Shown: piece after piece, positions 38,523 to 52,699 of the stretch
Position numbering within the stretch: position 1 is the first letter of the stretch
How the letters are laid out: every line of letters begins with the position of its first letter
Assembly (NCBI GenBank): GCA_964016885.1
Contig: OZ024743.1
Coordinates: 228,470,001 to 228,534,000, forward strand
Direction of reading: 5' to 3'
DNA length: 64,000 bases
From: Eledone cirrhosa
Taxonomy: Eukaryota
The notes under the pieces: model-generated
Told to the model about the DNA's origin: nothing
The model's database searches: none
Seen by the model: the letters and a program-made list of their open reading frames with translations, nothing else
Translations under genes and position numbers: made by a program

Positions 38523-40027
38523 AACAGTCAGCAAGGTTAGAATTAACAACGAATATAGTGAAGAGTTTAGTGTAAAAGATGGTGTACATCAGGGCTCTGT
38601 TCTTAGCCGCCTACTATTTATTATTGCCCTTCAGGCTATAACAGTGGAGTTCAAGACCGGCTGCCCATGGGAACTCCTATACGCAGATGATCTAACGCTC
38701 ATAGCTGAATCAATGGCCGAGCTAGAGAAGAAATTCCAAACATGGAAGCATGGCCTAGAATCAAAAGGGCTTAAAATTAACCTGGCTAAGACTAAAGTTC
38801 TAGTTTGTAGGAAAGAAAATAAGGTGCCGGTCCCTTCCGGGAAATGGCCATGTTCAGTGTGTAGGAAAGGCGTAGGTAGAAACTCCATTTTATGTCCCAA
38901 ATGCAAAGTATGGGTGCATAAAAGATGTAGTGGGATCAGAGGTAAGCTAACTAAGAACATAGATTTTTGGTGGTGCTCTGGTGCAATAAGTAGCAGCAAG
39001 CGCCCACAAAATACTAGCTATTTCAATTGCGCAGAGGGTTCTATAGAAATAGTGGATAGCTTTCGTTACCTGGGTGACAAAATCAGCAGTGGGGGAGGGT
39101 GCTCTGAAAGTACAGTAGCTAGAGTCAGAACTGGATGGAAAAAGTTCAGAGAGCTTATACCACTATTAGCCACTAAAGGGTTCTCCCTAAAAATGAAAGG
39201 CAGGTTGTATGATGCCTGCATACGAACAGCAATGTTGCATGGCAGTGAGACCTGGGCATTGTGTGCAGAGGATATACGCAGACTAGAGAGGAATGAAGCC
39301 TGCATGCTCCGCTGGATGTGTAATAGTAACATACGTGAACGGCAAAGCATAAGCAAACTAAGGAAAAAATTAGAAATAAGAGGGATCAGATGTTGTTTAC
39401 TCGAGAGAAGGCTACGTTGGTATGGTCACGTGATGTGCATGAAAGACGACAGCTGTATAACAAAGTGCAGGGCAATAAAGATAGACGGTAGCTACGGAGT
39501 AGGCAGACCCAGAAAAACCTGGGACGAGCTGATAAATTCCGACCTCACACACTTACACCGCTCCAAGACAATGTCACTGGACCGAGACCTTTGGCGGTAC
39601 TCAGTAATAGAGAAGACCCGCCTTACCTAAATACAAAGTAAAACCTACTACAGTCAGTAGGCATCTCTAACAAAATACACCCCGTCCCACCACTCCCACC
39701 CCATCCACACCGCCCCTTTCAATGTAAAGTTATGTTGGTGCCACAACATCCAGGCCGAAACAAATGAGATCGTGTAGGTGTCACGACAAAAAAACACACA
39801 GTCCACGCTGTAATGTGGCCGTGTAGGCAACACGGTAAAAACCTCCCAGCCCCACACTGTAAATGTGGTTGGTGTTAGGAAGGGCATCCAGCTGTAGAAA
39901 ACCCGCCAGACAGTCCTATGCGAGCAAGACAACCACTCTTGCCTCAAGTGGGAAAACCCCCGTCCAAACCCATGCAAGCGTGGAACACGGACGTTAAACG
40001 ATGATGATGATGATGATGATGATGATG

Positions 40028-40029
<2 letters not shown>
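38523..40029 (+). mobile_element. 5'-truncated RTE LINE, family A
   Basis: ORF 38644-39630 (LLYADD, PHD-type Cys/His motif, RLRWYGHV); 3' UTR; (TGA)n tail. Confidence 0.93.
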
Positions 40030-40058
<29 letters not shown>

Positions 40059-40059
40059 T

Positions 40060-40377
40060 ATAGAATAGAAAACGAAAAGTCAGTGATGCATGTTAACTCA
40101 ATTTATTGTTACAATTGTTTCGCCGGCGGACAGCTCGAGATGCAATCATTGTGTGGATCTTGTGTGGATCATTCTGGACTCACAGGTTTGACAGACATAT
40201 CTAATGATTTCGGAGCTTATTCTCTCTGAAATCATTAGACGTGTCTGTCGAACCTGCGGGTCCAGAATCAGACAGATCACACAATGATCGCGTCTTGAGC
40301 TGTCCGCCAGCGAAACAATTGAAACACACAATAAATAGAGTTCAGATGCATCACTGATTTTTCGTTTTCTATTCTAT
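40060..40377. repeat. ~318-bp fold-back element (two ~155-bp inverted arms, 8-nt loop)
   Basis: atagaatagaaaacgaaaagtcagtgatgca... pairs with ...tgcatcactgatttttcgttttctattctat; loop cttattct at 40216-40223. Confidence 0.92.
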
Positions 40378-41822
40378 CATACTCTGCTCTGTAAGAGCAT
40401 AGAGTGCTCAACTGGCATACCACCTATGGAAGCATCTTAGCTACTATCAGACACACACACACACATATATATATATATATTCATATGGCAGTGGTAATGT
40501 AAAACTCCATCCCATGATAAAGTTGACATATTTGTTCCTCAAAACTTGAAATTTTTCTATTTATCTTGTATAAAAGTTAACTTTCATTGTCCTTCAAAGA
40601 CAATAGATCACCATTTGTGAATTAAGCTATTTATCCTGAACATGTTGATACTAATTGTTCTGATGTATCTATCAAAATACATTACTTAGCCATCATAAAC
40701 AATGCTGCATTTATTAATACAAGTAGTTATTGAAATATACCATATTTACCATAAGTACACATTGAGAGATAAGATAATTACAGTGGACTAACAATAAATA
40801 CATATCTTCTTAGCTCATATAAGATATTATAGCATTATATACTGATTTGTAATAATATAATCTTAATGAATTTTGGCCAAGCTGGCTGTACTGCTAGCCA
40901 TGATTGCTTACATCACAAGCAGACAAAGGAATGATATATTTTCTAAGAAATACACATCACCACTGGATACAAAAGCAATGGTTTATCTAGATAGTGTAAC
41001 TACCAGCAAGTAAAGAACAAATAGCTTTCAAAATGATAAATTGGTTTTGTTCCCCTAAATTATATTATGGGGATAAACAGACAAAAACTGATCCAATGAC
41101 ATTTGAAATTAGAAGATTGCATGTAGATATTATAATAGGGTTGAACATTTATGAAAGGTCTCTATAATGTGATCTTTAAAATAACAATATAAAACAAAAA
41201 AGATAGTCTATGCTCAACATGAACTTTAAAGTAGCAGATGTTTGTCAAAAGTGAAAGTAGAGAGTTCATTCAAAGAAATGTATTAGCCCTTAAAGAACTG
41301 GTGACACCTCAACAATCTTACCAATGAATGCATTGAAAGTAGTGTAGGAATAAATTAAACCTTTTTATATAACGCTCCTCCATCCCTGCCACTGCCTAAA
41401 ACATGTCATGTTCTACAACATATAACTGTTTGTCTTAATCTATTTATATTTATCTAAATATCTTACATTTTAATTTTATGTAAGAACTTTTATGTTAACA
41501 AATAACAGTTTAATCATGGGAAAGATAATTATATTACTAAAACCCTCCAAATTCTTGTTTATTTTGAAAACTGTAGGCAGTGTGTTTCATTAGAAAAGGT
41601 TAAACATATTGCACTGCAAAAATGAGCAAAATAACAAAAGAAAACCAAGAAAAAAAAACCAGTTATCACAAAGAGTTTTACCTTTTTGTATTATTAATTG
41701 AATCTATTTGTTAACTCTATGAGTACCAGTGTTGTATTTGGTATTTTACTGTTTAACTTGTTTAACTTGTTTTCCCCTTGAAACCAACACTGCTTCTACA
41801 ATACCTAAGGTATACATTATCT

Positions 41823-42006
41823 GTGGATTGGCAGTATCAGTAGAGGGTCGGACGCCATGCTCTCCAGCATAGTTACGCCCCTTTATGGTCTGAGTTCAAA
41901 TCCCGCTGCGGTTAACTTTGCCTTTCATCCTTACGGGGTTGATAAAATAAAGTACCAGTAATGCACTGGGATAATTGGTGGCCTTGTGCCAATAGTAGAA
42001 ACAATT
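41823..42006 (+). mobile_element. S2 SINE inserted in an M2 MITE
   Basis: Full S2 sequence with attatct on both sides. Confidence 0.87.
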
Positions 42007-43608
42007 ATCTTAAAACCGTCCATCATAACTTTTTGTTAGAACCTCTCTTAAGTTATGTTCAGAACACTAGCTTAATAATGATTAAGATGGTGATAATATT
42101 TAATTCTTGATTATTTTTAAAATGATTTGACGATCATAGCTAGTCTCTTTCAGTACAAATATAGCAACGAATGGGTTTAAACTGGAGTAACATTAATTTG
42201 TACATATTTATAAAATTGTTAATTTTCTTTATTTACTTTATCACTAAAACTAAAGCACTACCATACATTTTCAGCCCACAAGAGTAGGGGGATTAATGAT
42301 ACATCGGTACCATTTTCGACATTCAAAGATTTAAAAGCAATAAATGTAGCTAGGCTCAGTACCCAAGTATTTAGTTCCCTTGGCTGGACTTACAATGCTT
42401 GCCTCTTCTCCCAGTTATGTGTACCATTATCCTAAATAAAACAATTTCAACTAGTTTGGTAAACTGAGAAACCTTGGTTTTAACATTCATCTCACCATAC
42501 TAAGAAAATTACTAAGCCTGTATTTTCTACAATGCAGTACACACTCAGCCACATCAAATCCTGTTCATTCTTTTAACAACTTTGAATATTTCCACAATGT
42601 TACCACACAACATAATAATTTATTTATTTGCCAAAGGAAATTATTTCATTTAATTATTCAGATTTGTATAAAACTGTGATCCTTGAAGATTCAGATGCAT
42701 AGTTGCCTTTAATAGTAAGTAATATTGACACTGGATTTAGCTAATTATATAACATCTGTCTAGCAACTTTGCTATATAGACCACATACAAACGTTTGTTT
42801 CTTGAATGAACAATTTTATTGTTTCTAAGAAACTATAACAGGCAGAAAGCAAGATTAAGAATTAAACTTACTCTTCACTGACATATACCTTTACTGGCTT
42901 CATTCATTAGGCTGCATCCATGCTGGCTGGGCCACTGCCATGAATCTGTCTATCATATCCACTACAAAACTTATATTTTCAAGCTTGATACTTATTTTAT
43001 CAAGGACAATTTTTGTTGAATCACAATGTTACAGGACATTATCAGAGAGACAGAGACAAACACACACATGTGTGTATGTGTGTGTGTGTATATATATATA
43101 TATATAGTTCAAGGAGACAACAAATCGAGGTACAAAAGTCTTATTAGTTTCATACTTTATATTGGAAAGAGGAAAGAAAGTTCAACTTGTGTATTTATAT
43201 TATACAGAGCTGGGACCTGTTGGCTGAGTTCTTGCCATTTTACTCAGCTGTTGAAATGGCAAGAGCTCTTCCATTGGGTCCCAACTATATAATAGAGCTA
43301 TACACTACTATTCAAAGTATCAAGTACTCTGTCGAGTAATGGTTTAACTAGTTTTAAACTGATTATATATCTATTTACATATATACATATATATACATAT
43401 ATACATATATATATATACATATATATACATATATATATATACATATATACATATATACATATATATATATATATACATATATATATGTATATATACACAT
43501 ATATATATATATATATATACATATATATGTATATATATATATGAATATTTATATATATATATATATATATATATGAATATATATATATATACATATGAAT
43601 ACATATAT

Positions 43609-43650
<42 letters not shown>

Positions 43651-43750
43651 CCATATACATATATATATATATACACACACAAGCATGTATATATATACAT
43701 ATATATATATATATCATCGTCGTTTAACGTCTATCTTCCACGCTAGCATG

Positions 43751-43788
<38 letters not shown>

Positions 43789-44262
43789 GTTAATACAATT
43801 TGCATGTAACTAATATCACTCAAAAGTCATTGGGCAGGCCTAAGCTAGATTAGAAAGACAGACTGAAGATGCCGACAGTAGGACTGAACCCAGAACCATA
43901 GGCAAAGGTAATGATGCAAATTCCTTAAGCATAATGACAGGCCTGCTCATTTTTTTTTTTAATTCATTAAAAAGAAAGATGAACAACAACACTGAACAAA
44001 TTAACATTCAACGTCATACACCTACTCAATATATGAGAAACTATGTTCTATAGATAATTAGCAACATATTATGAGGTTTCAAATGGAACACATGTATTTA
44101 TATATCACTCAAATATACACATGCATCTGTACAGCTTCCTTAGTATCAATTAATATCAAAGGATGAACATGATACGATTAAGTCAGTGACAACAGATGAA
44201 TGATGGCCACATTAAAGAAAATAAGAGATAACAAATTAGAATATTGTGTGTGTGTGTGTATA

Positions 44263-45033
44263 TCATCATCATCATCATCATTTTTACGTCCACTTTTCCC
44301 TGCTTGCAAGGGTGGGACGGGAACTGTATATATATATATACACACACCATATATATCATATATATATAGACATATAATATATATATATATACACCATATA
44401 TATCATATATATATACATATAATATATATATATACACACCATATATATCATATATATACATATAATATATATATATACATATAATATATATATATCATCA
44501 TCATCTTCGTTTAACGTCCATTTTCCACGCTAGCATGGGTTAGACGGGAGTTGTCCCGCTTAAGGCAAAGCTGGTTGGGTGACCGTGTCTCGCTCATATA
44601 GGACTATCTGGCAGGTTTTCTACGGCTGGATGCCCTTCCTAACACCAACCACATTTACAGTGTGGAACTGGGAACTTTTTACCGTGTTACCTACACGGCC
44701 ACATTACAGCGTGGACTGTGTGTGTTTTTTGTCGTGACACCTACACGATCTCGATCTCATTTTCTCATGCTGTTGGTGGGAGTGGGGGGGATAGGGTAAG
44801 CGTAGTGGATTGGGGTGTATATTTGGTTAAGAGGTGCCTACTGACTGTAGGTTTCGCTTTGTACATAGGCAAGGCGGGTCTTCTGTATTACTGCATAGCA
44901 CCAAAGATCTCGGTCCAGAGACATTGTCTTAGAGAGATGTAAGTATGTGGGGTCCGAATTTATCAGATCATCCCAGGTTTTTCTGGGTCTACCTACTCCG
45001 TAACTACCATCAATTTTGATCGCCCTACAATAC
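44263..45033 (-). mobile_element. S1 tail fragment (44263-44325) and RTE 3' fragment (44495-45033)
   Basis: Reverse complement of the tails; ORF 44838-45035 has GVGRPRKTWDDLI. Confidence 0.87.
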
Positions 45034-45253
45034 ATATTATATATATATCATATATATATACATGTAATATATATATATATATATATATATACATATGATA
45101 TATATATATCATATATATATACATATAATATATATATATCATATATATATACATATAATATATATATCATATATATATACATATAATATATATATCATAT
45201 ATATATACATATAATATATATATCATATATATACATATATCTATATATACATA

Positions 45254-45293
<40 letters not shown>

Positions 45294-45348
45294 TAAAATA
45301 ACAGATTAAAGTTTAAGCAAAGAATCGCTGCTTTTATTATTATTATTA

Positions 45349-45385
<37 letters not shown>

Positions 45386-45449
45386 ATATATATATATATA
45401 CATACATACAGAGTGAGAGGGAAAGAGAGAGGGAGAGAGAGAAATCCTT

Positions 45450-46258
45450 TTTAGAAGAAGAATGAAGATCACAAACTGGCTACATACAAAAACGTTATCC
45501 TGTGTGAAATGGAACTATTTTAAATTGAAACTGAACTTAAACTCTTCCATGTAAAGACAGTAGCAGAAAGTGATGCCAGGACTATAGAAAACATAAATAC
45601 AAACCCTAAGACTTTCTTTAAATTTGCAAAAGAGACTGCCTCGGTACACTATGGGATAGAGCCACTTTTCAATAAAAGTGGCTCAATAGTTGCAAACCCC
45701 CAAGGGATAAGTGATGTACTAAATGAAAGAAATAGCAGTGTTTTCACACCTCCAATAAGATGCATGCAAATAAATAAGCCAGATCAGTTCTTTAACACCA
45801 CTGCATTACACAGAGAAACAGAAACCGTCAACTATATAGATATAAAGAGTAAAGATGTAATATCAGTCATAGATGAAATGAGGCCAAGTTCAGCTCTTGG
45901 TCCTAATGGATTCCCAGTAATCCTCCTAAATGCATGCAAACAAACCTTAGCAAAATCACTGCAGATCCTCTTTCAAATCCACCTTGCAAGCGCCAAACTA
46001 CCCAGAAAGGTGAAAGAAGGCATAATATGTCCTACTCATAATGAAGGAGACAGAGCAAATATTAAAAACTACAGATGTCCCACTGACCTAACATCAGCAA
46101 AGTCATGATCACTTTTCTAGAGGAAAATAGTCTTCTAACTGACACCAAGCATGGATTTTGTGCAGGTTCAAGATGTCTTATGCAGCTCTTACATTATTAT
46201 GACTAGGTACTGAAACAATTGCTAGACCCTTCAAACATGGATGTGATATATCTTAATA
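45450..46258 (+). mobile_element. Degraded CR1-group LINE ORF2 fragment
   Basis: NPKTFFKF, SSALGPNGFPVILL, NIKNYR, KHGF..GSRCLMQLL and DVIYL. Confidence 0.75.
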
Positions 46259-46755
46259 TGTGTGTATGTGTATATATATATGTATGTCTATATTTACACA
46301 GATGCATGATGCATGAACATAGACAGACAGACAGACATTATATTCTGTGGACGTGAAAGATAAATTACATTATGACTCAGGATTTTAAATTGCATGAAGG
46401 TGTGCTTGAATATGCTTGTGTTAGTGGGAAATTTTAAGTCTCACCTGGCTCATAAAATAGTTACATACATATTAGCACTCATACATACTTTCAGATAATA
46501 TCTATATGCATTTTTGGTTGCATGTGTGTGAAAATGAATTTGAGAGAAAGAAAGATAAATAGAGAGAGAGAGAGGGGAGAAAAGGAGTGTGTGTGTGTAT
46601 GTGTGTGAATGTGTGTGGGTATTTGAGGTAGAAAGCAAGAGAGTGTATAAATGTGTGTGTTTGAGTGAGAGAGACTATCAAATTTATATTAAAATGGAGA
46701 TAATATTTGGTAAGTTATACTGTTAGCAATTTACATCTATGCATACATTAGAAGG

Positions 46756-46789
<34 letters not shown>

Positions 46790-47231
46790 GCATGTGTGCG
46801 TGTGTCAGTGTTTGCATGCAGATGGTGCACAAACACACATGTTCATACAACAGATTCATGCAACCTATGCAAAAAAACAACTGAGTTACCATGCATGAGA
46901 TTAGAAGTTCAATATCATCTACACACATAAATATACATACTCAATATACTGCCATGTCCATACATACAGCAAACCCACTTGCAGATTTTTCAGCTACCTC
47001 TGCAAACACATACACTCACATACATACACATATGCATGCATTATATATATATATCCATGATAGCGTGGAAGATAGACGTTAAATGACGATGATGATGATA
47101 CATACATGTAAACATACATACACACTCTCACTGATTTTATGCATTTATGTAGAGTTATTTATAGGGGTCCCTGCAAATGTAGTTGGAGGGAAATGTGTAA
47201 AAATGCAAGCAACCATAGAAAAGAGGTAAAT

Positions 47232-47269
<38 letters not shown>

Positions 47270-47399
47270 TGACAGAAAGAAATGGATAAATAGATAGTTA
47301 GAGAGGGATTTACATACTCATATGTGCACACATACACACACGTATATAACCACATATATATATATATACACATTTGTATACATATATATTTATATAGAA

Positions 47400-47480
<81 letters not shown>

Positions 47481-48044
47481 CACACACATTTGTATGTAAG
47501 TGTGGTTCATATATGTACAAACACACACACATATATTTTATATATATTTATCTGCTTTTCCACGCTTTCATGAGATAGATCGGTCGTCCACATTATGAGG
47601 CAAGTCTGGCCGTACCGTATCTAGCTCAATTAAAAATGTATTTTAACTGTTTTTTTTTTACAGCAGGATACCCTTCTTAAAACCAATCATGTTTACAGTG
47701 TGGAACGTGCCAGTCATGTTATGTCATATGGAGGGTCTGCCTGATTAGCCACATCATACCCTGCTCATGGTGGAACCATATTTTGGGAGCTGGGTGGTCT
47801 TGTTATGAGGGAGGTCTGGCCAGTTAGCGGTGCTGTACCTTGCTCATAGAGGGGCCCTGTTTTGGCTGTTATTCTATGGTTGCTGGATGTCCTTCCTACC
47901 ACCAATTACGTTTACAGCATGGAAGCTGTGTAGGCTCATTATGCTCAGTGTGTGACTATGTTTCAACTGGGGTTTTCTGATTGGTAGATGCCCTTTCTAA
48001 ACACCAATCATGTTTATAGCATGGGGCTGGGTGGTCGCTATATA

Positions 48045-48712
48045 TCATCATCATCATCATCATCAACGTTTAACGTCCGTGTTCCACGCTTGCATGGGTT
48101 TGGACGGGGGTAGTCCCACTTGAGGCAAGAGTGATTGTCTTGCTCGCATAGGACTGTCTGGCAGGTTTTCTACAGTTGGATGGCCTTCCTAACACCAACC
48201 ACATTTACAGTGTGGGTCTGGGAGGTTTTTACCGTGTTGCCTACACGGCCATATTACAGCGTGGACTGTGTGTTTTTTTGTCGTGACACCTACACGATCT
48301 CATTTGTTTCGGCCTGGATGGCACGGCACCAACATAACTTTACATAGAACGGGGTGGTGTGGATGGGGTGGGGGTGGTGGTGGTGGGATGGGGTGTATTT
48401 TGTTAGAGATGCCTACTGGCATATATATATATATATATACACACACAAACACACACACACATATATATATCATCATCATCATCGTTTAACGTCCATCTTC
48501 CACGCTTGCATGGGTTTCGACGGGAATTTTCCCACTTGAGGTAAGATTGGTTGTCTTGCTCGTATAGGACTGTCTGGCGGGTTTTCTACAGCTGGATGCC
48601 CTTCCTAACACCAACCACGTTTACAGTGTGGACTGGGAGGTTTTTACCGTGTTACCTACACGGCCACATTACAGCGTGGACTGTGTGTTTTTTTTATTTT
48701 CGTGACACCTAA
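48045..48712 (-). mobile_element. Two RTE family A 3' UTR fragments (48045-48418 and 48470-48712); older decayed modules at about 47560-48030
   Basis: Reverse complement of the family A 3' UTR, with (CAT)n tails. Confidence 0.87.
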
Positions 48713-49237
48713 TAACTATGTAGATAGATATATTACTAAATGATTGAATAGATTGACAGATAGATTCATTGATTGGTAGATAGATATATAAGACGTAAGA
48801 CAAGATTGATTAGAATTAATCCAGCCATGTGGATTCACAAGCTATATCAGTGACCAACTAAGGGGTGATTGAATTGGCAGTGGATCAGAGAAGTAGGGTG
48901 TGTGGAGAAGGAAGAATAACACAGGTATTGCCACAGTATCAATGTAATTAATTGTCAGGTATGATTAGTGTAAGGAATTTTGGTGATGGTGGTGGGTTGA
49001 TAATGTAGAAGAGGTAGGAATAAGTCTGGATGGGAGAAAATGGTAGATAAGGAATAACAGGAAGGAAAATAGCTATGGGGTAGAGGTAGAGGGAAGGAGA
49101 TATGGAGGGCGATAGAAGGAAGGAAAATATATAGGGTAATACAGGGAACTTGGTGAGGAAAGTTACATTTTGCAAGCATTTAAAGGTGCTAAAAGATATT
49201 TATATATATATATATATATATATATGCATGTCTTTGA

Positions 49238-49384
49238 TGCATAGAGTTACGGCCCTTTCCATTCTGAGTTCAAATCCCACCGAGGTCAACTTTGCCTTTC
49301 ATCCTTACGGGGTCGATAAAATAAAGTACCATTAATGTACTGGGTAATTGCTGGCCTTGTGCCAAAAGCAGAAACAATTATTAT
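49238..49384 (+). mobile_element. 5'-truncated S2 SINE
   Basis: B box, Nin-type domain and S2 tail. Confidence 0.85.
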
Positions 49385-51620
49385 AGGATAGAGTGCCCAA
49401 AATTCAAGCTTAAACCGTTTTGATGTAAAATAGCTAAACATGAACATCAAGCTTTCTATCTAATAATAATATCTACACACTTCTAAGTACTAAGTAGATC
49501 AATAGAAACATCTTATCCATTTATATATGTGTGTGGTTTTTCTTGCTGGATGCCCTTTCTATTACCAACCAATTTGCAACATGTACTGTGTGCATTTTAT
49601 TGTGCCACCAGTACCAACTCTACATCATAAAATGCATTGCGTATTTCATTGAATAAAGGTCTTCTGGACATTATATGATGATGGTACACACACACACACA
49701 CACACACACACACGTATATATTTATATATTATACTGAAACAAAGATAACATTTTTACACATCGGTTTTAAGGAGTTTCGGAGACATATACATTGATAAGA
49801 GAATAATAGTGTTGGCTGGATGAGCAGATGGATAAATGGCTGGCTGGGTGTTGGGTTAGCTGATTGGCTGGCTGACTGGATGGATGGAAGGAGGTAGAGA
49901 TAGAAGGATTGCTTGTTGGATGGATGGATGGATGGACGGACGGATGCATAGACCATTAGCAAGTAGTGAGGTAAGATGTGTGAGATGCCAATTCATATAA
50001 CATGGCACGGTGGCCCCAGCGGCGACAGCTGAGTCATCCTGTTTAACTTTGGTTCAGGAACAATCTAGAAGCTCCATGGAAAAAGTTGTTGTGGCAGTGT
50101 TGAGCGAGAGGGGTATGGAAGGATAAGGGGTGAATAATGAGAGGAGAAGAGAAGAGAAAGGAAACATTTATGATAGAGATGTGAGTGGAGGAGAGTAAAG
50201 TATTATGGTTGTGTAAGAAAGAGGAGGGGGAAATGAAATAATCTTAGTAGGGGGAGGAAAGAGGGTTTGATGAGTGCAAGGAATTGAAGGAGGAGGGGAT
50301 GAAAACTAGGCAAATGTATGTAATAGGAGAGAGTGAGGAGGATACAGGAGATAGATAGAGAAGTAAGGATAAAGAAAATGGAGGTGTGGCTTGTAGCAGT
50401 AAGGGAAGGAGAAAGAGGAAGGTAGAAAAAGAAAACAAGGAGAACACTGAAATGGAGGAGGTTAATAGAAGGAAGAGGAAAAATGTAAATGGTGAGAGAG
50501 AGGAGAGAGAAGCAGGAGAGGGATAAATAAGGGAGAGTGAGAGAGAGAGAGAGGGGACAGAGAAAAGGAGAGAGAAGCAGGAGAGGGATAAATAAGGGAG
50601 AGAAAGAGATAAATAGAAGAGAGAAATAGGGAAGAGACAGAGAAACAATGTTTAAATTGTGAGGTGAGAATGAGGAAAATGAGAAACAAAACCAATGTGA
50701 CACTCATACACAGATAAGCATACACATATACTCAGTGACACACACACACACAGAGATAGGGCCAAACAAAACACATACATAAATCCATACTTATACACAC
50801 TGGGCCACACAAATAAACACATATATACATATATATGGTGGTGTTGTTGCAGCAGAACAGCCTGCTTATGAAATTAATGTGCAAATGGCTTACCATTCTA
50901 CATGTACACTCTTAGCTTACATCTCAGGGAGATTCAAAGTGACTGTGTACTACAAGGCTTGCCCTCTTACTCATGGACACTGCATACTGCTATGAATCAA
51001 CCACATAATCTTATGATTGTGTTTCTAGTTTATTCCCTAAAAACAGCTTGTAATAGTGAAAACACTCTACCTATACATTAACTAGAATGATATAGTGGTG
51101 TAAATGTTTTGACATTTGCACTGAGTATGGTGGCTGAAACTAAGGATAAATGTAAGGAAAATCGACAAAGAACATTCCCTTAAATCAATGGCAGTGCAAC
51201 AGGCATCAATATCTCAATATTTAAATGATTGTAAATGACACAGTTTATTACCTGTGACAACCCAGTAAATTACTCTGGTGGATCACAAGAAATTCAACTG
51301 TCAGCTCATAATTAAGTCTGCGTTAAAAAAGTGTAGGGTCATCAGTTGCACCTGTTTGTAGCTTATGTACAGTTGTTAGACACACATAGTCTATGTAAAA
51401 CAATAATACAATCTTAAGCAAGGTTCTTACTAGGGTAGCCTAAGACTGACAGATAACCTCGGAGGGAAATAAATTTGGTAGTCAGTAACCTTGTTGATAC
51501 CAAACGACCTGAAACCACATATGGTTTAATATTTATTTTAAAGTGTTAATATCTACCTAAAACCTCTCATCATAATTTTATATAAGAAACTTTATTAAAT
51601 TATGTTCTAAACACCAGTTT

Positions 51621-51805
51621 AATAATTGTTTCTACTTTAGGCACAAGGCCAGCAATTATCCAGTGCATTACTGGTACTTTATTTTATCGACCCCGTAAGG
51701 ATGAAAGGCAAAGTCAACCTCGGCGGGATTTGAACTCAGATCGTAAAGGGACGTAACTATGCTGGAAAGCATGGCGTCCGACCCTCTACCGATACTGACA
51801 ATCCA
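51621..51805 (-). mobile_element. S2 SINE inserted in an M2 MITE
   Basis: Reverse complement of the S2 consensus. Confidence 0.87.
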
Positions 51806-52654
51806 ATGTGGATGTTAGTAATATTTCTAAATTCAAACAAAAATTTGAGATTACATTTTAAGTTATTTGAAAATTATAGGCAGTGTTTTTCATATAAAAT
51901 ATGGTAACAAAATGGTTTAAAAAAACACAATCGAATATATCTAGAGTAAGTAGAATATAATTTCATGGAAGAAGATGGTGGGGGATATCTTCTAATATGT
52001 TCTACTGTGCAAACTCAAAGGAATTGAATTCTTTTCATCCATCTAAACAGGAGAGATATTTCCCAGTTACAGTCAGTCATCTGTTTCTGATGGTAGCAGA
52101 TCTATACAGAGATTACTAAGAAATATTCCTCACCTATCAGTGTTAGAGGGCAATCTCACAGCATTTCAAGAAATTGCAACACATTTACCTGCCATTTGTT
52201 TACCATTGTTTGATGTTGTCACCTATAAAATTGCAAAGTTTTGCCCATATTTGCAATGCACTTCAAGACTGAAGAAAATTATTTTTCTGCTAGTCTCATC
52301 AAACACAAGAAAAGTGACAGAGCGTGAGAGGGGGAGGAAGGAGAGAGGGGGAGAGAGGAAAACAGAGAAGGAGAGAGAGGAAGGTAGAGAGTAAAAGAGT
52401 ATTATGATACTACCAATTCCACTTAAACAAAGAAATCCAATAATATACTAATATAGTGATATAGTGTATTATATCTGTGTGGTGTGTGTGTGTGTGCATG
52501 TGGTGTGTGTATATTTGCATCAGGTATGTGTGAATATATTTGTGTGAAAATATAGTCACCTTCTTCTTCTTAACATCTACTTAATCACTTGCTATTCTTT
52601 CTGGTGAGAAATTTGGAAGTTCACTCCATATTATCTACTTAGTGTGTATGTATA

Positions 52655-52699
<45 letters not shown>

